Shown here one piece after another: positions 8,610 to 21,285 of a stretch of 47,083 nt of DNA. Origin of the DNA: Allosphingosinicella sp. (lineage in GTDB: Bacteria; Pseudomonadota; Alphaproteobacteria; Sphingomonadales; Sphingomonadaceae); the NCBI GenBank assembly GCA_035936615.1, contig DASYWC010000195.1, positions 1 to 47,083 of the forward strand, written 5' to 3'. The notes beneath the pieces were generated by a model. That model was given only the letters and a program-made list of their open reading frames with translations, searched no databases and was not told the DNA's origin. A program made the translations under genes and the position numbers. How positions within the stretch are numbered: position 1 is the first letter of the stretch; every line of letters starts with the position of its first letter.

Positions 8610-9296
8610 ATGAGTAAATTGCTTTTGATGGCCGGCGTCGCCGCAATGGCGTTCGGAATGCCGGCGATGGCCGAGGCTCAAGGCAAGGGCCAGGGAAAGG
8701 GCGCTTCGGCGCGCACCCAGCAGTCCACGACGGTGAAGCGGAACGCCAGGTCGCAGGACAGGGTCCGGACCGATGTCCGGGCGCGCACTGATGCTCGGGC
8801 GAACGCAAGAGCGCGCACGCGCACCGGTGCTTCCGTCGACCGTGCGCTGGACACGAACGGCAACGGCATCCCCGATTTCCGTGAAAGCCGGCTCGCCGAC
8901 ATCAACGGCAACGGAATCCTGGATTCGCGGGAGCGGCGGATGGTCGACACCAACCGCAACGGTATCGCCGACTTCAGGGAGCGCATGATCGACGTCAACC
9001 GCGACGGGATCGACGATCGCGCTCAGAACCGCTTCGGCGGCGAAGTCTGCCCTCCGGGTCTCGCGAAGAAGACGCCTGCCTGTATCCCTCCGGGCCAGGC
9101 GAAGCGGATGTTCGACCAAGGCCAGAGGATCCCTCAGAACTTCCGTTCCTTCACGGATTATGATCGGATTCCGGAGCAATTCCGTAGCCAGGTGCCGCTT
9201 ATCGACGGCAGCCGCTACATCTTCCGGGACAACCGGGTCTACATCGTCGATCCGACAACCAGGCTCGTGACCAGGATCATCGATCTCGTCCTTTAA
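8610..9296 (+). CDS. Secreted protein with DxNxNG (EF-hand-like) repeats and a CPPGLAKK..CIPPGQAK domain
   Basis: Sec signal peptide; four D-x-N-x-[ND]-G-I repeats; AGGAG RBS. Confidence 0.8.
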   Translation: MSKLLLMAGVAAMAFGMPAMAEAQGKGQGKGASARTQQSTTVKRNARSQDRVRTDVRARTDARANARARTRTGASVDRALDTNGNGIPDFRESRLADINGNGILDSRERRMVDTNRNGIADFRERMIDVNRDGIDDRAQNRFGGEVCPPGLAKKTPACIPPGQAKRMFDQGQRIPQNFRSFTDYDRIPEQFRSQVPLIDGSRYIFRDNRVYIVDPTTRLVTRIIDLVL

Positions 9297-9316
9297 GAGC
9301 GGCGGGTTGAAGAATG

Positions 9317-9352
9317 GTGCCCCCGGCCCCAGCGGCCGGGGGCGCTTTTTTT
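9317..9352 (+). terminator. Rho-independent terminator
   Basis: GTGCCCCCGGCC/GGCCGGGGGCGC stem followed by T7. Confidence 0.8.
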
Positions 9353-9353
9353 A

Positions 9354-11567
<2,214 letters not shown>

Positions 11568-11624
11568 ATGGCCATTGTCTCCGGGCTGCGCTAGCTTTGC
11601 TCCCTGACCACAGGGGGACCCGTC

Positions 11625-12128
11625 ATGCGCTCACTTGCCTTCGCTTCGCTTATCGTACTTGGCGCCTGCTCCGAAGGGGGCGGCGAGCAGAAAGCCGCCG
11701 AGGTCGACACGTCGAAACTGCAGCTTGCCGCGGGCCAGTGGCAAACGGTCAGCGAGGTGACCGACATGAAAAAGGAGGATGACGGCGCTCCGGCCATGAA
11801 GGTGGACAAGGGCACCAAGATGGAGGCCAGCAATTGCGTCGGCGAGGCCGAGGGCAAGAAGCCTCCCGCCGCGGTTCTTGCGGGGCTCGAGAACGCCTCG
11901 TGCGAATATCAAAGCATCTACATGTCGCGCGGTCGGCTGAACGCCTCGATGAGCTGCACCCGCCCAGGCCTTAATGGCCAGATCCTGGTGGGTACGGAGG
12001 GCACCTACACCGACAAAACCTTCGATCTCACCTCCAACGTGCGCACCCTGCTCGCGGGCGATGGGGACATCAGCTACAACGCCAAGGTCACGGGCAGCCA
12101 TGCAGGCGCGTGCGAGGCGGCCGGCTGA
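11625..12128 (+). CDS. DUF3617-like lipoprotein
   Basis: Lipobox LGAC, GQW motif, paired Cys, C-terminal G-x-C. Confidence 0.75.
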   Translation: MRSLAFASLIVLGACSEGGGEQKAAEVDTSKLQLAAGQWQTVSEVTDMKKEDDGAPAMKVDKGTKMEASNCVGEAEGKKPPAAVLAGLENASCEYQSIYMSRGRLNASMSCTRPGLNGQILVGTEGTYTDKTFDLTSNVRTLLAGDGDISYNAKVTGSHAGACEAAG

Positions 12129-12196
12129 ACGCCAAGCTGGAACCATCCTCGACGGGCTGCACTGAAGCCCCAACGGCCCCGGTGGAGGAGTAATCG

Positions 12197-12718
12197 GTGC
12201 GAAACCGCTTGATCTGCATAACCGCGCTGCTCGCGCTCGGGGCGTGCGAGAAGGACCGCGCGGAGCCTGGAATGTCCGAGGAGGACGTGGCCGCGCAGCT
12301 CGCCAAGGTGAAGGTGGAGCCCGGCCAGTGGGAGGCGGAGACCGAGATCGTCTCGGCCAAGGGCGCTCTCCCGCAGGAAGCGCTCCAGCAGATGACCGGC
12401 AAGCGGACCAGCACCAGCAACTGCATCACTCCGCAGCAGGCGGAGCGGCCGAGTGCCAACTTCCTCGCGGCCCAGCAGAACAGCGACTGCACATACCAGG
12501 ACTTCCGGATGGAGGGCGGCAAGCTCAGCGGCCGGATGACCTGCAGCGGCGGCCAGATGCTTGGCGACATGGTCACCGTCATGAACGGCGACTACGGCCC
12601 GCAAAGCTACGACATGACGATGCAGATGGAGACTCCGGGGCTTCCGGGCGGCGACAAGATACTGATCACCGCGCGCACCCGGGGCAAGCGCGTCGGCGAA
12701 TGCAAGCAGGGGGAATGA
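12197..12718 (+). CDS. DUF3617-like lipoprotein (tandem paralog)
   Basis: Lipobox LGAC, PGQWE, CIT, C..MTC and GKRVGEC. Confidence 0.8.
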   Translation: MRNRLICITALLALGACEKDRAEPGMSEEDVAAQLAKVKVEPGQWEAETEIVSAKGALPQEALQQMTGKRTSTSNCITPQQAERPSANFLAAQQNSDCTYQDFRMEGGKLSGRMTCSGGQMLGDMVTVMNGDYGPQSYDMTMQMETPGLPGGDKILITARTRGKRVGECKQGE

Positions 12719-12719
12719 G

Positions 12720-13109
12720 ATGATCGGATACGTCACTCTCGGGAGCAACGACCTCCCACAAGCCCGGGCCTTTTACGACGCGCTGCTGGCCGAGATCGGA
12801 GCGACGAAGCTGATGGAGCTTCCGACCGGGTTCACTCTCTACGGCAAGGGTCCCGGAAAGCCCGGCCTGGCGCTGGTGCGGCCCTATGACGGGCGAGAGG
12901 CGAGTCCCGGCAACGGCACCATGGTGGCGATCGCCGTTCGGGAGAGGGCGCAGGTGGATGCGCTTCATGCCCGGGCGCTCGAGCTTGGCGCCACCGACGA
13001 AGGGCAGCCGGGCCTCCGGGTCGAGGAAGGGCCGAATGCCTTCTATGGCGCCTACTTCCGGGACCTGGACGGCAACAAGCTGTGCTTCTTCAGGACTGGT
13101 CCCGCCTAG
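12720..13109 (+). CDS. VOC/glyoxalase family protein
   Basis: MIGYVTLGSND..ARAFYD, GNGTMVA and YGAYFRDLDGNK. Confidence 0.9.
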   Translation: MIGYVTLGSNDLPQARAFYDALLAEIGATKLMELPTGFTLYGKGPGKPGLALVRPYDGREASPGNGTMVAIAVRERAQVDALHARALELGATDEGQPGLRVEEGPNAFYGAYFRDLDGNKLCFFRTGPA

Positions 13110-14184
13110 GATCCTGGCGTCTCGGAACCGCGAAGCTCCGGCCGGCTTCCGCGGCAAGAAAGCGGTTCTCCGAAATCCCCCGCTCCCGCCGCAGCTTCGC
13201 AAGACGCTGGCGCGGTTCGTCGATGCCCTCGAAGGTCAGCTGGAAGGTGCCCCAGTGCACCCCGAGCGCGGCAGTGGGGCTGAGCGCTTCGAATGTCGCC
13301 ACCGCTTCTTCCGGATTGATGTGGTTGGTCTTCATGAAGTCCCGCGGCTCGTACGCTCCGATCGGGATGATCGCGAGCCGATAGGGGCCGCGCGCCGCCG
13401 CCTCCCGAGCCCACCTTCCGTCGCCCCAGCCGGTGTCGCCCGCGAAGAAGATGTTCCCGCCCGGCAGCCGAACCGTGAAGGCCGACCAAAGGGCGCGGTT
13501 GCGGTCGCTGCCCCAGCGCGAGGACCAGTGGTGGTTACGGTCAACCGTCACGGACGCCCCGTTCCCCACCCTCGCGCTGCCGTTCCAGTCCAGCGCGAGC
13601 GCCCCGATCCCCTTGTCCCGGAGAATCGCGTCGTTGCCGAGGCTGGTGACGATCTTCGGCCTGTCCCGCTGCCACAGGCGCTTCAGGGTCGGCAGGTCCA
13701 TGTGGTCGTAATGGTTGTGGCTGACGAGGACGAGGTCGATCTTCGGCAGGTCCTCGAACCTTACGCCGGGCGCCCGAACCCGCTTCGGCCCAGCGAATGA
13801 AAAAGGCGAGGCGCGCTCGGACCATATCGGGTCGGTGAGGATGTTGAGCCCCTGGGTCTGCACAAGCACCGTCGCGTGGCCGATCCAGGTGACCAGCATT
13901 TCGTCGCCCTGCACGCGCCGCGGCGGGACCGTCTGCCGCACCGGCACTCCCTCGGGCCATTGCGCCCGCTCGCCACCCGCCCAGCGGTTGATGAAGCGCT
14001 TGGGATCGGCCCGATACTCCGCAAACCCGGGATTGAAGAAACGCTCGCCGTCGAAATGACCGCTCGGCGGACCTTCGTAATAGACGCGGTCCAGGAACGG
14101 CGGCACGAGGGTGGGCGCGAAGCAGATCGCGACCGCCAGGAACAGAAGCGCCTTGCCCGCTGCTCGCGCAAGGCGGCCCATCAT
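13090..14184 (-). CDS. MBL-fold metallo-hydrolase (NAPE-PLD/RomA-like)
   Basis: TWIGHAT, LTDPIWS, SHNHYDHMD, FAGDTG, PIGAY and HWGTF. Confidence 0.9.
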   Translation of the reverse strand: MMGRLARAAGKALLFLAVAICFAPTLVPPFLDRVYYEGPPSGHFDGERFFNPGFAEYRADPKRFINRWAGGERAQWPEGVPVRQTVPPRRVQGDEMLVTWIGHATVLVQTQGLNILTDPIWSERASPFSFAGPKRVRAPGVRFEDLPKIDLVLVSHNHYDHMDLPTLKRLWQRDRPKIVTSLGNDAILRDKGIGALALDWNGSARVGNGASVTVDRNHHWSSRWGSDRNRALWSAFTVRLPGGNIFFAGDTGWGDGRWAREAAARGPYRLAIIPIGAYEPRDFMKTNHINPEEAVATFEALSPTAALGVHWGTFQLTFEGIDEPRQRLAKLRRERGISENRFLAAEAGRSFAVPRRQDPRRDQS

Positions 14185-14197
14185 CGAGCAACCCTCG

Positions 14198-15094
14198 TCA
14201 GTTCATCGGCCCTGCGAGCTGCTGCGGGTCGATCCTGGCGTTGCCCCATTTCATGCCCCAATGGAGGTGCGGGCCGGTCGCCCGCCCGGTTGCTCCGACG
14301 GTACCGATCGGCTGGCCCTGCCGCACCACCTGGCCTTGGCTCACGCTGGAGCTTGCGAGGTGCAGGAAGGCGCTGTTGAGACCCATTCCGTGGTCGATGA
14401 TGACGAGGTTCCCCTCCAGGCTGAACGCAGGCGGTCCTGCCAGCACCACCACCCCCTCGGCCGGGGCGACAAAGGTTGCTCCAGCCCCCGCCGCCACGTC
14501 CACGCCGCTATGATAGGCTCCGGGCTCGCCCCGATAGACCCGCTGCGATCCGAAGACTCCGCTGATCCGGCCCCGGGCCGGCCAGACGAAGCGCTGCCGC
14601 CAGCCCTGGCTTTCGGAGCTGCGCGCCCGTGCCGCTGCAATCCGCGCCAGTTCCCCCTCGCGGATGCGGAGGAACTCGGCCGTGGATGAGGAGGGCCGCT
14701 GAGCGACGTCGACATGCTCGATCGCCCAGGAGCGCGGCCTCACCTGGATCGTCCGCTGAACGACCCGCCCATCCGCAAGGCGAGCGGAAAGCAGCGCTTG
14801 GGCGGCCTGGTCGCGGTCGAAGCCCAGGATGAACCGGCCGTCCGGAGCGAACGGGACAGCTTTGCCGTCCAGAGTAAGCGCAGTCACCCCGCTGGGGGCG
14901 GTACCGGTGACGAGCCCGCCCTGCACCGGCTCGCCGGTCAGGGAGAAGTCCGAATAAGCGGGCTGCGGGGCTGCGGCCGGTTGAGGAACGGGAGGCGCCT
15001 GAGGCACAGCGGGAGGCGGCGGAGCAGGCGCTGGCCCGGCGGCCGCGCAACCGGTCAGCAGGAGCGGGAGCAGGGCCGATCCCCCGGCCCGCAT
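14198..15094 (-). CDS. M23 family metallopeptidase (lipoprotein)
   Basis: HSGVD and TGPHLHW zinc motifs; lipobox LTGC. Confidence 0.9.
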   Translation of the reverse strand: MRAGGSALLPLLLTGCAAAGPAPAPPPPAVPQAPPVPQPAAAPQPAYSDFSLTGEPVQGGLVTGTAPSGVTALTLDGKAVPFAPDGRFILGFDRDQAAQALLSARLADGRVVQRTIQVRPRSWAIEHVDVAQRPSSSTAEFLRIREGELARIAAARARSSESQGWRQRFVWPARGRISGVFGSQRVYRGEPGAYHSGVDVAAGAGATFVAPAEGVVVLAGPPAFSLEGNLVIIDHGMGLNSAFLHLASSSVSQGQVVRQGQPIGTVGATGRATGPHLHWGMKWGNARIDPQQLAGPMN

Positions 15095-15291
15095 CAGCGC
15101 CGCTCTTCCGCCTGAAGGGAGGCGGCGGCGCTCGCATAGGCCTCCTGCCGAGCAACGCTCCAGTAGCGAAGCTCCTCGAGCGGAATCGGAAGGTTGGTGA
15201 CGGCGCAGACGACGTGGTCGCCGGGGGCCAGCAGCCGGAAGGTCCCGTCCATATAGTGTAGCTTGGCAGTCCTGCCTTTGGACATCAGCAT
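15094..15291 (-). CDS. DUF2093-like small protein
   Basis: GDHVVCAVT..IPLEELRYWSV.RQEAY signature; typical position after xseA. Confidence 0.8.
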   Translation of the reverse strand: MLMSKGRTAKLHYMDGTFRLLAPGDHVVCAVTNLPIPLEELRYWSVARQEAYASAAASLQAEERR

Positions 15292-15306
15292 CTCAAAGCA
15301 CTTTCG

Positions 15307-16689
15307 TTACAACAGCTTGGGTTGATCACTCTTGGGCGCTCGATAGGTTCCTCGGCGGGGGCGCTCAAGCCCCTCGTGGGTCGCGGCGTCCACCCGGCCG
15401 TCCGCGAAGATGAGCCGGACCCGGCCGGCGGCCCGGGCGGCGGCGGCGGCGATCAGAGTCTTGCCGCTTTCGTCCTCCACCCGGGCATAGCCGCGCTCGA
15501 GCGGCCGGTTGGGATGGGCAAGCTCGGCGATCCGCCAGATGCTCTGCAGCCGCTCGCGGGCGCGCCGCTCGGCCCCCACCAAAAGGCCGGGGCGCAGGCC
15601 GCCCGACGCACGACCGAGATCGCCCCTGGCCCGGTCGAGGCGCCCCCGAAGCGCTCGGGGAAGGCGCTCGGCAAGCTCGTCCAGCCGCTGCTGCTGGGGC
15701 GAGAGCAGCGACTCCCGCTCCGGCCAGCGGCGAAGGGTCGCCTCGAGCTGCTCGCCCGCCCGCTCCAGGGCGCGCCTCGCGCAACGCTCGGTTCGGTGGC
15801 CGAGTTCGCGAAGCTGGCCCAGGAGGTCGCTCCGGACCGGAACCGCCATCTCCGCCGCCGCAGTCGGGGTCGGCGCACGCACGTCGGCCGCGAAGTCGCA
15901 CAGGGACGTGTCGGTCTCGTGGCCCACGGCGGAGATGATCGGGATTTCCGACGCCGCGACCGCTCGGACCACCTCTTCCTCGTTGAACGCCCAGAGGTCC
16001 TCGATCGAGCCGCCGCCCCGCGCCACGATCAGTAGGTCCGGACGGGTAACCGGGCCGCCCTCCCTCAAGGCGTTGAAGCCGCGGACGGCGGCTGCGATTT
16101 GCGCCGCCGCGCCCTCGCCCTGGACGGGGACCGGCCAGACCAGCACGTGGCACGGGCAGCGGTCGGCAAGGCGGTGGAGGATGTCGCGGATCACCGCTCC
16201 GGTAGGGGAGGTGACGACCCCGATCCTGCTCGGGCTGAACGGAAGCCGCCGCTTTCGCTCGGAGTCGAACAGGCCTTCGGCTGCAAGGGCGCGCCGGCGC
16301 TTGTCGAGCAGCGCCATCAAGGCGCCCTGGCCCGCAAGCTCCAGCCTGTCGATCACGATCTGATAGCGCGAGCGCCCGGGATAGGTGGTGAGCTTGCCGG
16401 TTGCCACCACCTCCACCCCGTCCTCGGGGCGGAATCGCAGCGCTCCCGCTACCGCCTTCCACAGGACCCCGTCCAGCACCGCCTTGTCGTCCTTGAGGCA
16501 GAGATAGCAGTGGCCGGACGCCGCGCGCTTCCAGCCGCTGATCTCGCCCCGAACCCGAACGTGGCCGAAGGCGTCCTCGACGCTTCGCTTCAGGGCCATC
16601 GACAATTCCGACACGGTCTGAGCGGGCGCGTTGTCGCCCGCCGCATCGGTTGCTAACAGCCCTTCAAGCCTAGGAGGGGAATCGTCCAT
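15307..16689 (-). CDS. xseA: Exodeoxyribonuclease VII large subunit
   Basis: [42 protein letters not shown] and APTPTAAAE; start taken as MDDSPP. Confidence 0.96.
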   Translation of the reverse strand: MDDSPPRLEGLLATDAAGDNAPAQTVSELSMALKRSVEDAFGHVRVRGEISGWKRAASGHCYLCLKDDKAVLDGVLWKAVAGALRFRPEDGVEVVATGKLTTYPGRSRYQIVIDRLELAGQGALMALLDKRRRALAAEGLFDSERKRRLPFSPSRIGVVTSPTGAVIRDILHRLADRCPCHVLVWPVPVQGEGAAAQIAAAVRGFNALREGGPVTRPDLLIVARGGGSIEDLWAFNEEEVVRAVAASEIPIISAVGHETDTSLCDFAADVRAPTPTAAAEMAVPVRSDLLGQLRELGHRTERCARRALERAGEQLEATLRRWPERESLLSPQQQRLDELAERLPRALRGRLDRARGDLGRASGGLRPGLLVGAERRARERLQSIWRIAELAHPNRPLERGYARVEDESGKTLIAAAAARAAGRVRLIFADGRVDAATHEGLERPRRGTYRAPKSDQPKLL

Positions 16690-17950
16690 GAATGTCCTGT
16701 TGCTTGGGTCGGGGGCACGCGAACATGCGCTTGCATGGAAGCTTGCGCAATCGGCGACGCTGGGCAAGCTGTTCGCCGCACCCGGCAATCCGGGCATCGC
16801 GCAACATGCCCAGCTCGTCCCCATCGATCCTGCCGACCACCGGGGGACGGTGGATTTCTGCCTCAAGAACTCGGTGGAGCTGATCGTCATCGGGCCGGAG
16901 GCTCCGCTGGTGGACGGGCTTGCCGACAATCTTCGCACGATGGGCTTTTGCGTCTTCGGCCCGAACAAGATCCCGGCTCAGCTCGAAGGCTCGAAAGGCT
17001 TCACCAAGGACCTGTGCGCCCGGCACAACATCCCGACCGCCCGCTACGCCAAGGCATCGGACAAGCTGGCTGCGGAAGCCGCGCTGGAAGATTTCGACCT
17101 GCCGGTGGTGATCAAGGCGGACGGTCTGGCGGCCGGCAAGGGCGTGACGATCGCCCAGACCGCCGAGGAAGCGCAGTCCGCGCTCGACGCTCTGTTCGAA
17201 GGCGGCAAGACCGACGTCGTGATCGAGGAGTATCTGGAAGGCGAGGAAGTCAGCTTCTTCGCCCTCACCGACGGGGAGACGATCGTTCCGTTCGGCTCCG
17301 CGCAGGACCACAAGCGGGTCGGCGAGGGCGACACCGGCCCCAATACGGGGGGCATGGGGGCCTACAGCCCCGCCTCGATCCTCACTCCCGAGCTTGAGCG
17401 GCAGGTGCTGGAGGAGATCGTGAGCCCCACCGTCCGGGCACTTGCGAAGCGCGGGCATCCTTATTCCGGAGTTCTCTACGCAGGTCTGATGCTGACCGCG
17501 GATGGCCCGAAGCTGATTGAATACAATGCGCGCTTCGGCGACCCGGAATGCCAGGTGCTGATGATGCGGCTTGAGAGCGACCTGCTGGAGCTGATGTGCG
17601 CGACCGCCAAGGGCAATCTCGCCGAGGCCGAGCCTCCTCGCTTTTCGAACAAGGCCGCGCTCACCGTGGTGATGGCAGCGAACGGATATCCCGGCACTCC
17701 GGAAAAGGGCGGGATCGTCGGCGGCATCGCCGAGGCGGAGCAAGCCGGAGCGATGGTCTTCCAGGCCGGCACCGCCGAGGCCGGCGGCAAGCTCGTCGCC
17801 AGCGGTGGCCGGGTGCTTGCGGTCACCGCCAGCGCCAAGACCATAAAGGCGGCTCAGAAGGCGGCTTATTCGGCGGTGGACCTGATCGACTTTCCGTCCG
17901 GCTTCTGCAGGCGCGACATCGGCTGGCGCGAGGCGGCTCGGAAACGTTGA
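16688..17950 (+). CDS. purD: Phosphoribosylamine--glycine ligase
   Basis: [50 protein letters not shown] and [10 protein letters not shown]. Confidence 0.97.
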   Translation: MNVLLLGSGAREHALAWKLAQSATLGKLFAAPGNPGIAQHAQLVPIDPADHRGTVDFCLKNSVELIVIGPEAPLVDGLADNLRTMGFCVFGPNKIPAQLEGSKGFTKDLCARHNIPTARYAKASDKLAAEAALEDFDLPVVIKADGLAAGKGVTIAQTAEEAQSALDALFEGGKTDVVIEEYLEGEEVSFFALTDGETIVPFGSAQDHKRVGEGDTGPNTGGMGAYSPASILTPELERQVLEEIVSPTVRALAKRGHPYSGVLYAGLMLTADGPKLIEYNARFGDPECQVLMMRLESDLLELMCATAKGNLAEAEPPRFSNKAALTVVMAANGYPGTPEKGGIVGGIAEAEQAGAMVFQAGTAEAGGKLVASGGRVLAVTASAKTIKAAQKAAYSAVDLIDFPSGFCRRDIGWREAARKR

Positions 17951-18019
17951 AGGCCCGGCAATTGGACACACCTGCTCCAGGCGATATGGTGGCGGCAGTG
18001 GCAACGAAGGAGGCTGAGG

Positions 18020-18448
18020 ATGTCGCCCGCGCTTAAGTTTGTCGCCGGCCTTGCCGCCGTCGCGGCCATGGGATGGGTGCACCACGGGCTGCTCGGCAAT
18101 GGCGAGCGGCTGGTCGGCCAGCTCGAAGCCGAAGCGAAGAGAGTGGTGGCGGCGACCCAGGTTCCTGGCGTCGATGTCAGCCTTGGCCGCGATCCGCTGA
18201 CCAGGCTCGCCACCTTTTCGGGAAATGCGGACCCGTTCCAGCGCGAAGGGCAGGGCGAGCTTAAGGGCCTCAACGACAGGGTCCGGGACGTGCCGGGCAT
18301 TTCCGGCGTTCGCTGGGCCGATGAACCGGAGAAGACCGCCATTCCTCTGCTCCTCGAAGTCCTCCTGCAGCTGATCGCCGCCTACCTGGTGGGCGTGGGG
18401 CTCGGCTGGCTCCTCTTCGGCCGGCGCAAGCGCGAAGGCTTTTACTGA
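18020..18448 (+). CDS. Hypothetical membrane protein
   Basis: N- and C-terminal TM segments; GGAGG RBS. Confidence 0.65.
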   Translation: MSPALKFVAGLAAVAAMGWVHHGLLGNGERLVGQLEAEAKRVVAATQVPGVDVSLGRDPLTRLATFSGNADPFQREGQGELKGLNDRVRDVPGISGVRWADEPEKTAIPLLLEVLLQLIAAYLVGVGLGWLLFGRRKREGFY

Positions 18449-18479
18449 TCTCACCTGAAAACAAGGATTCAACCGGACG

Positions 18480-19040
18480 ATGAGAACCGTTTTCGACGCC
18501 AACATGATCCCGATCATTGTCGCCCTTCTGGTCGGGCTCCTGATCGGATGGTGGATGTTCAAGCGCCGCCGCGCCGGGAGCGTCACCGATGCGAGCGAGC
18601 GGCGGCACGACGAGGCTGTCGAGGCGCCCCCCTCCGTTCGGGAGGTGGAGGAGGACCGGCCGGTCCGGGCCGGGGTGGACGGTCCCGAGCCGAACGGCCT
18701 CGTCTCCTCGGGAGCGGCTGCGGCGAGCGACGTGGCGGGCCAGGTGCTTGGAGTTCGGGTCCATGACGAGCTTCCGGGCGCCGAAGGCCCTCCGGACAAT
18801 CTGGAGATCATGAAGGGCGTCGGGCCCAAGCTCGTGACAAGGCTCCACGAGAACGGGATCATCCGCTTCGAGCAGCTGGCTCGCCTCAGCGACAACGAGA
18901 TTTCGATCCTCGACGAGAAGATGGGCCCGTTCAAGGGTCGGCTCCGGCGCGACCGGATCGTGGAACAGGCAAGCTACCTCGCCCGCGGCGACAAAGACGG
19001 CTTCGAAGCGCGGTTCGGAAAGCTCGGAAGCGGCCTCTAG
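18480..19040 (+). CDS. Membrane-anchored protein with a C-terminal helix-hairpin-helix domain
   Basis: N-terminal TM; DNLEIMKGVGPKL..LHENGI..FEQLA..GRL.RD..VEQA HhH-type motif. Confidence 0.7.
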   Translation: MRTVFDANMIPIIVALLVGLLIGWWMFKRRRAGSVTDASERRHDEAVEAPPSVREVEEDRPVRAGVDGPEPNGLVSSGAAAASDVAGQVLGVRVHDELPGAEGPPDNLEIMKGVGPKLVTRLHENGIIRFEQLARLSDNEISILDEKMGPFKGRLRRDRIVEQASYLARGDKDGFEARFGKLGSGL

Positions 19041-20368
19041 GCGCGCCGCTTCCGGGGCAAAGGCGAGGCGATCAGCTTGTCGATCTTGCGGCCGTCCATA
19101 TCGACGACTTCGAACTGCCAGCCGTTGTGGACGAAGCGCTCGCCGGTGGTCGGCAGATGCTTCAGAACGTGGAGAGCAAAGCCCGCAACGGTCGCATAGT
19201 CCCGATCTTCGGGCAGGTTGAAGCCGAGCTTGTCGAACAGCGCGTCGGCGGCAAGCGAGCCCGACACGAGGAAGCTTCCGTCCTCGCGCTCCACAAGCGG
19301 AGGATCGCTGTCGCCGTCGCGGTCGGAGGCGAAGTTGCCGGCCATTGCCGCGAGCATGTCGCCCGGGGTCAGGAGCCCGTCGAAATGGCCGTATTCGTCG
19401 TGAACGAAGGCCATCGGCACTTCGGCCGAGCGCAGAACCGCGAGCGCGTCCATGGCGTCCATCTGGTCGGGGACGATCGGAGCCTCCAGGATCAGGTCCC
19501 TCAGGTTCAGCGGCCGGCCCTCGATCTGAGCCGCGACTATGTCCCTCAGCTGCACGACCCCGATAAGCCTGTCGACCGACCCTTCCGCGACCGGAAGCCG
19601 GCTGTGGGAGGTCTCCAGCAGCCTCTGCCGTATCTCCTCGGGTGTGGAATCGGCGTCGAGCCAGTCCACTTCCGTCCGCGGGGTCATGACTTCCCGCGTC
19701 GGCCGGTCGGCCAGGCGCACGACGCCGGATATGATGGCCCGTTCGCTTTCCTCCAGCACCCCCGCCTGGTGTGCTTCCGCGACGACCAGGTGAAGCTCCT
19801 CCGCGGTTACCCTGTTCTGCGTTTCGCGCTGCATTCGAAGCAGCCTGAAGATGAGCGCGCTGGTCTTGTCCAGGAGCCAGACCAGCGGAGCCGTGGCCTT
19901 TGCCAGCCACAGCATCGGCTTGGCCATGAAGGCGGCGATCGCTTCGGGAGATCGCAAGGCGAACTGCTTGGGGACGAGCTCGCCGATGATCAGGGAAGCG
20001 TAGGTCGTGAGTACGATCACCAGAGCGAAGCCGAGCGTTCGGGCAGTGCCGGGCTCCAGTCCCATGAGCTGGAGCCTGTCCGCCACGGGCCCTCCGAGGC
20101 TCGCTCCGGAATAGGCGCCGGCGAGGATTCCGATCATCGTGATCCCGATCTGCACCGTCGAGAGGAACCGAGACGGGTCGGCGGACAGATCGAGCGCGCT
20201 CTGGGCTCCGGCCCGCCCGGCCTTTGCCATCGCCTTCAGCCGAGCCTCGCGCGCCGAAACGATCGCCAGCTCCGACATTGCGAAGACGCCGTTGAGCAGG
20301 ATCAGAAACGCGATGATCGCGACGTCGAACCACGGAAAATCTGCAAGGGCGGGAGGTGCGGGCGACAT
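19037..20368 (-). CDS. Hemolysin-family CNNM/CBS/CorC-HlyC transporter
   Basis: NGVFAMSELA, FLSTVQIGIT, GELVPK, VMTPR, HSRLPV, DEYG and a CorC domain. Confidence 0.92.
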   Translation of the reverse strand: MSPAPPALADFPWFDVAIIAFLILLNGVFAMSELAIVSAREARLKAMAKAGRAGAQSALDLSADPSRFLSTVQIGITMIGILAGAYSGASLGGPVADRLQLMGLEPGTARTLGFALVIVLTTYASLIIGELVPKQFALRSPEAIAAFMAKPMLWLAKATAPLVWLLDKTSALIFRLLRMQRETQNRVTAEELHLVVAEAHQAGVLEESERAIISGVVRLADRPTREVMTPRTEVDWLDADSTPEEIRQRLLETSHSRLPVAEGSVDRLIGVVQLRDIVAAQIEGRPLNLRDLILEAPIVPDQMDAMDALAVLRSAEVPMAFVHDEYGHFDGLLTPGDMLAAMAGNFASDRDGDSDPPLVEREDGSFLVSGSLAADALFDKLGFNLPEDRDYATVAGFALHVLKHLPTTGERFVHNGWQFEVVDMDGRKIDKLIASPLPRKRRA

Positions 20369-20443
20369 GGGCTGCGCCTTCCCTTTAGCCGCTATTCTTT
20401 CAGCGCGGCAACCGAATCATCAGTCGCAGTTCAGACCGGATGT

Positions 20444-20469
20444 GGAACAGGCAGGCCATACGGACGGTT
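20444..20469 (+). promoter_or_regulatory. EcfG/sigmaT-type promoter GGAAC-N17-GGTT
   Basis: Upstream of the OmpA-family lipoprotein gene. Confidence 0.5.
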
Positions 20470-20505
20470 GGACCCGTCATCAGTTCGAATTGAAACGGTA
20501 AGGGA

Positions 20506-21183
20506 ATGAACATGTTTGCATCCAAGCGTATCACAGGCGCCGCCGTCGGGGCAGCGCTTCTCGCGACCACCGCGGCCTGCGTCACCGACCCTGAGACGGG
20601 GCAGCGCCGTGTCGACCAGAGGGTCATCGGCGGAGTCCTCGGCACCGCCGGCGGCTACCTTCTGGGTGACCTTCTCGGCGGCCGGCGCGACCGCACCGAA
20701 AAGATCGTCGGCGCTGGCATCGGCGCGATCGCCGGCGCCGCGGTCGGCGACTATATGGAGCGGCAGCGCCGCGAGCTTGAAAGGCGGACGGCCGGTACCG
20801 GAGTCATCGTCGAGCAGCAGGGCGACGAGCTTCTCCTCACCGCACCCGCGGGCATCACGTTCCCGGTGAACAGCGCCGTGATCCAGCCCCAGTTCCGGGC
20901 CACTCTGGACCAGGTCGCTCAGACGATGAACGCCTATCCCTCGACTCTGATCGACGTTTACGGCCACACCGATCCGTCGGGGGGAGACAGGATCAACATC
21001 CCGCTTTCGCAGCAGCGCGCCCAGGCGGTTGCAAGCTACCTGATCTCGCGTGCGGTCAACCCGGCCCGGATCATGACTCAGGGCTTCGGCTCCAGCCGTC
21101 CGGTCGCCGACAACAGCACCGAGGCTGGACGGGCTCAGAACCGCCGGGTCGAAATCCGGATCGCCCCGGCAACCCGCGGCTGA
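20506..21183 (+). CDS. OmpA-family lipoprotein with glycine zipper (YiaD-like)
   Basis: Lipobox TAAC, GAGIGAIAGAAVG, GHTD, LSQQRA and NRRVEI. Confidence 0.92.
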   Translation: MNMFASKRITGAAVGAALLATTAACVTDPETGQRRVDQRVIGGVLGTAGGYLLGDLLGGRRDRTEKIVGAGIGAIAGAAVGDYMERQRRELERRTAGTGVIVEQQGDELLLTAPAGITFPVNSAVIQPQFRATLDQVAQTMNAYPSTLIDVYGHTDPSGGDRINIPLSQQRAQAVASYLISRAVNPARIMTQGFGSSRPVADNSTEAGRAQNRRVEIRIAPATRG

Positions 21184-21204
21184 TCGGAAGCTTCGACGAG
21201 AAGG

Positions 21205-21234
21205 AGGGCGCCGGCCGAACCCGGCGCCCTTTTT
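21205..21234 (+). terminator. Rho-independent terminator
   Basis: AGGGCGCCGG/CCGGCGCCCT stem followed by a T-run. Confidence 0.8.
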
Positions 21235-21285
21235 CGTGCGTTCCAATGATCTGGAGGCGAGTACTCCTCCCTGCGTAGAACGGAG

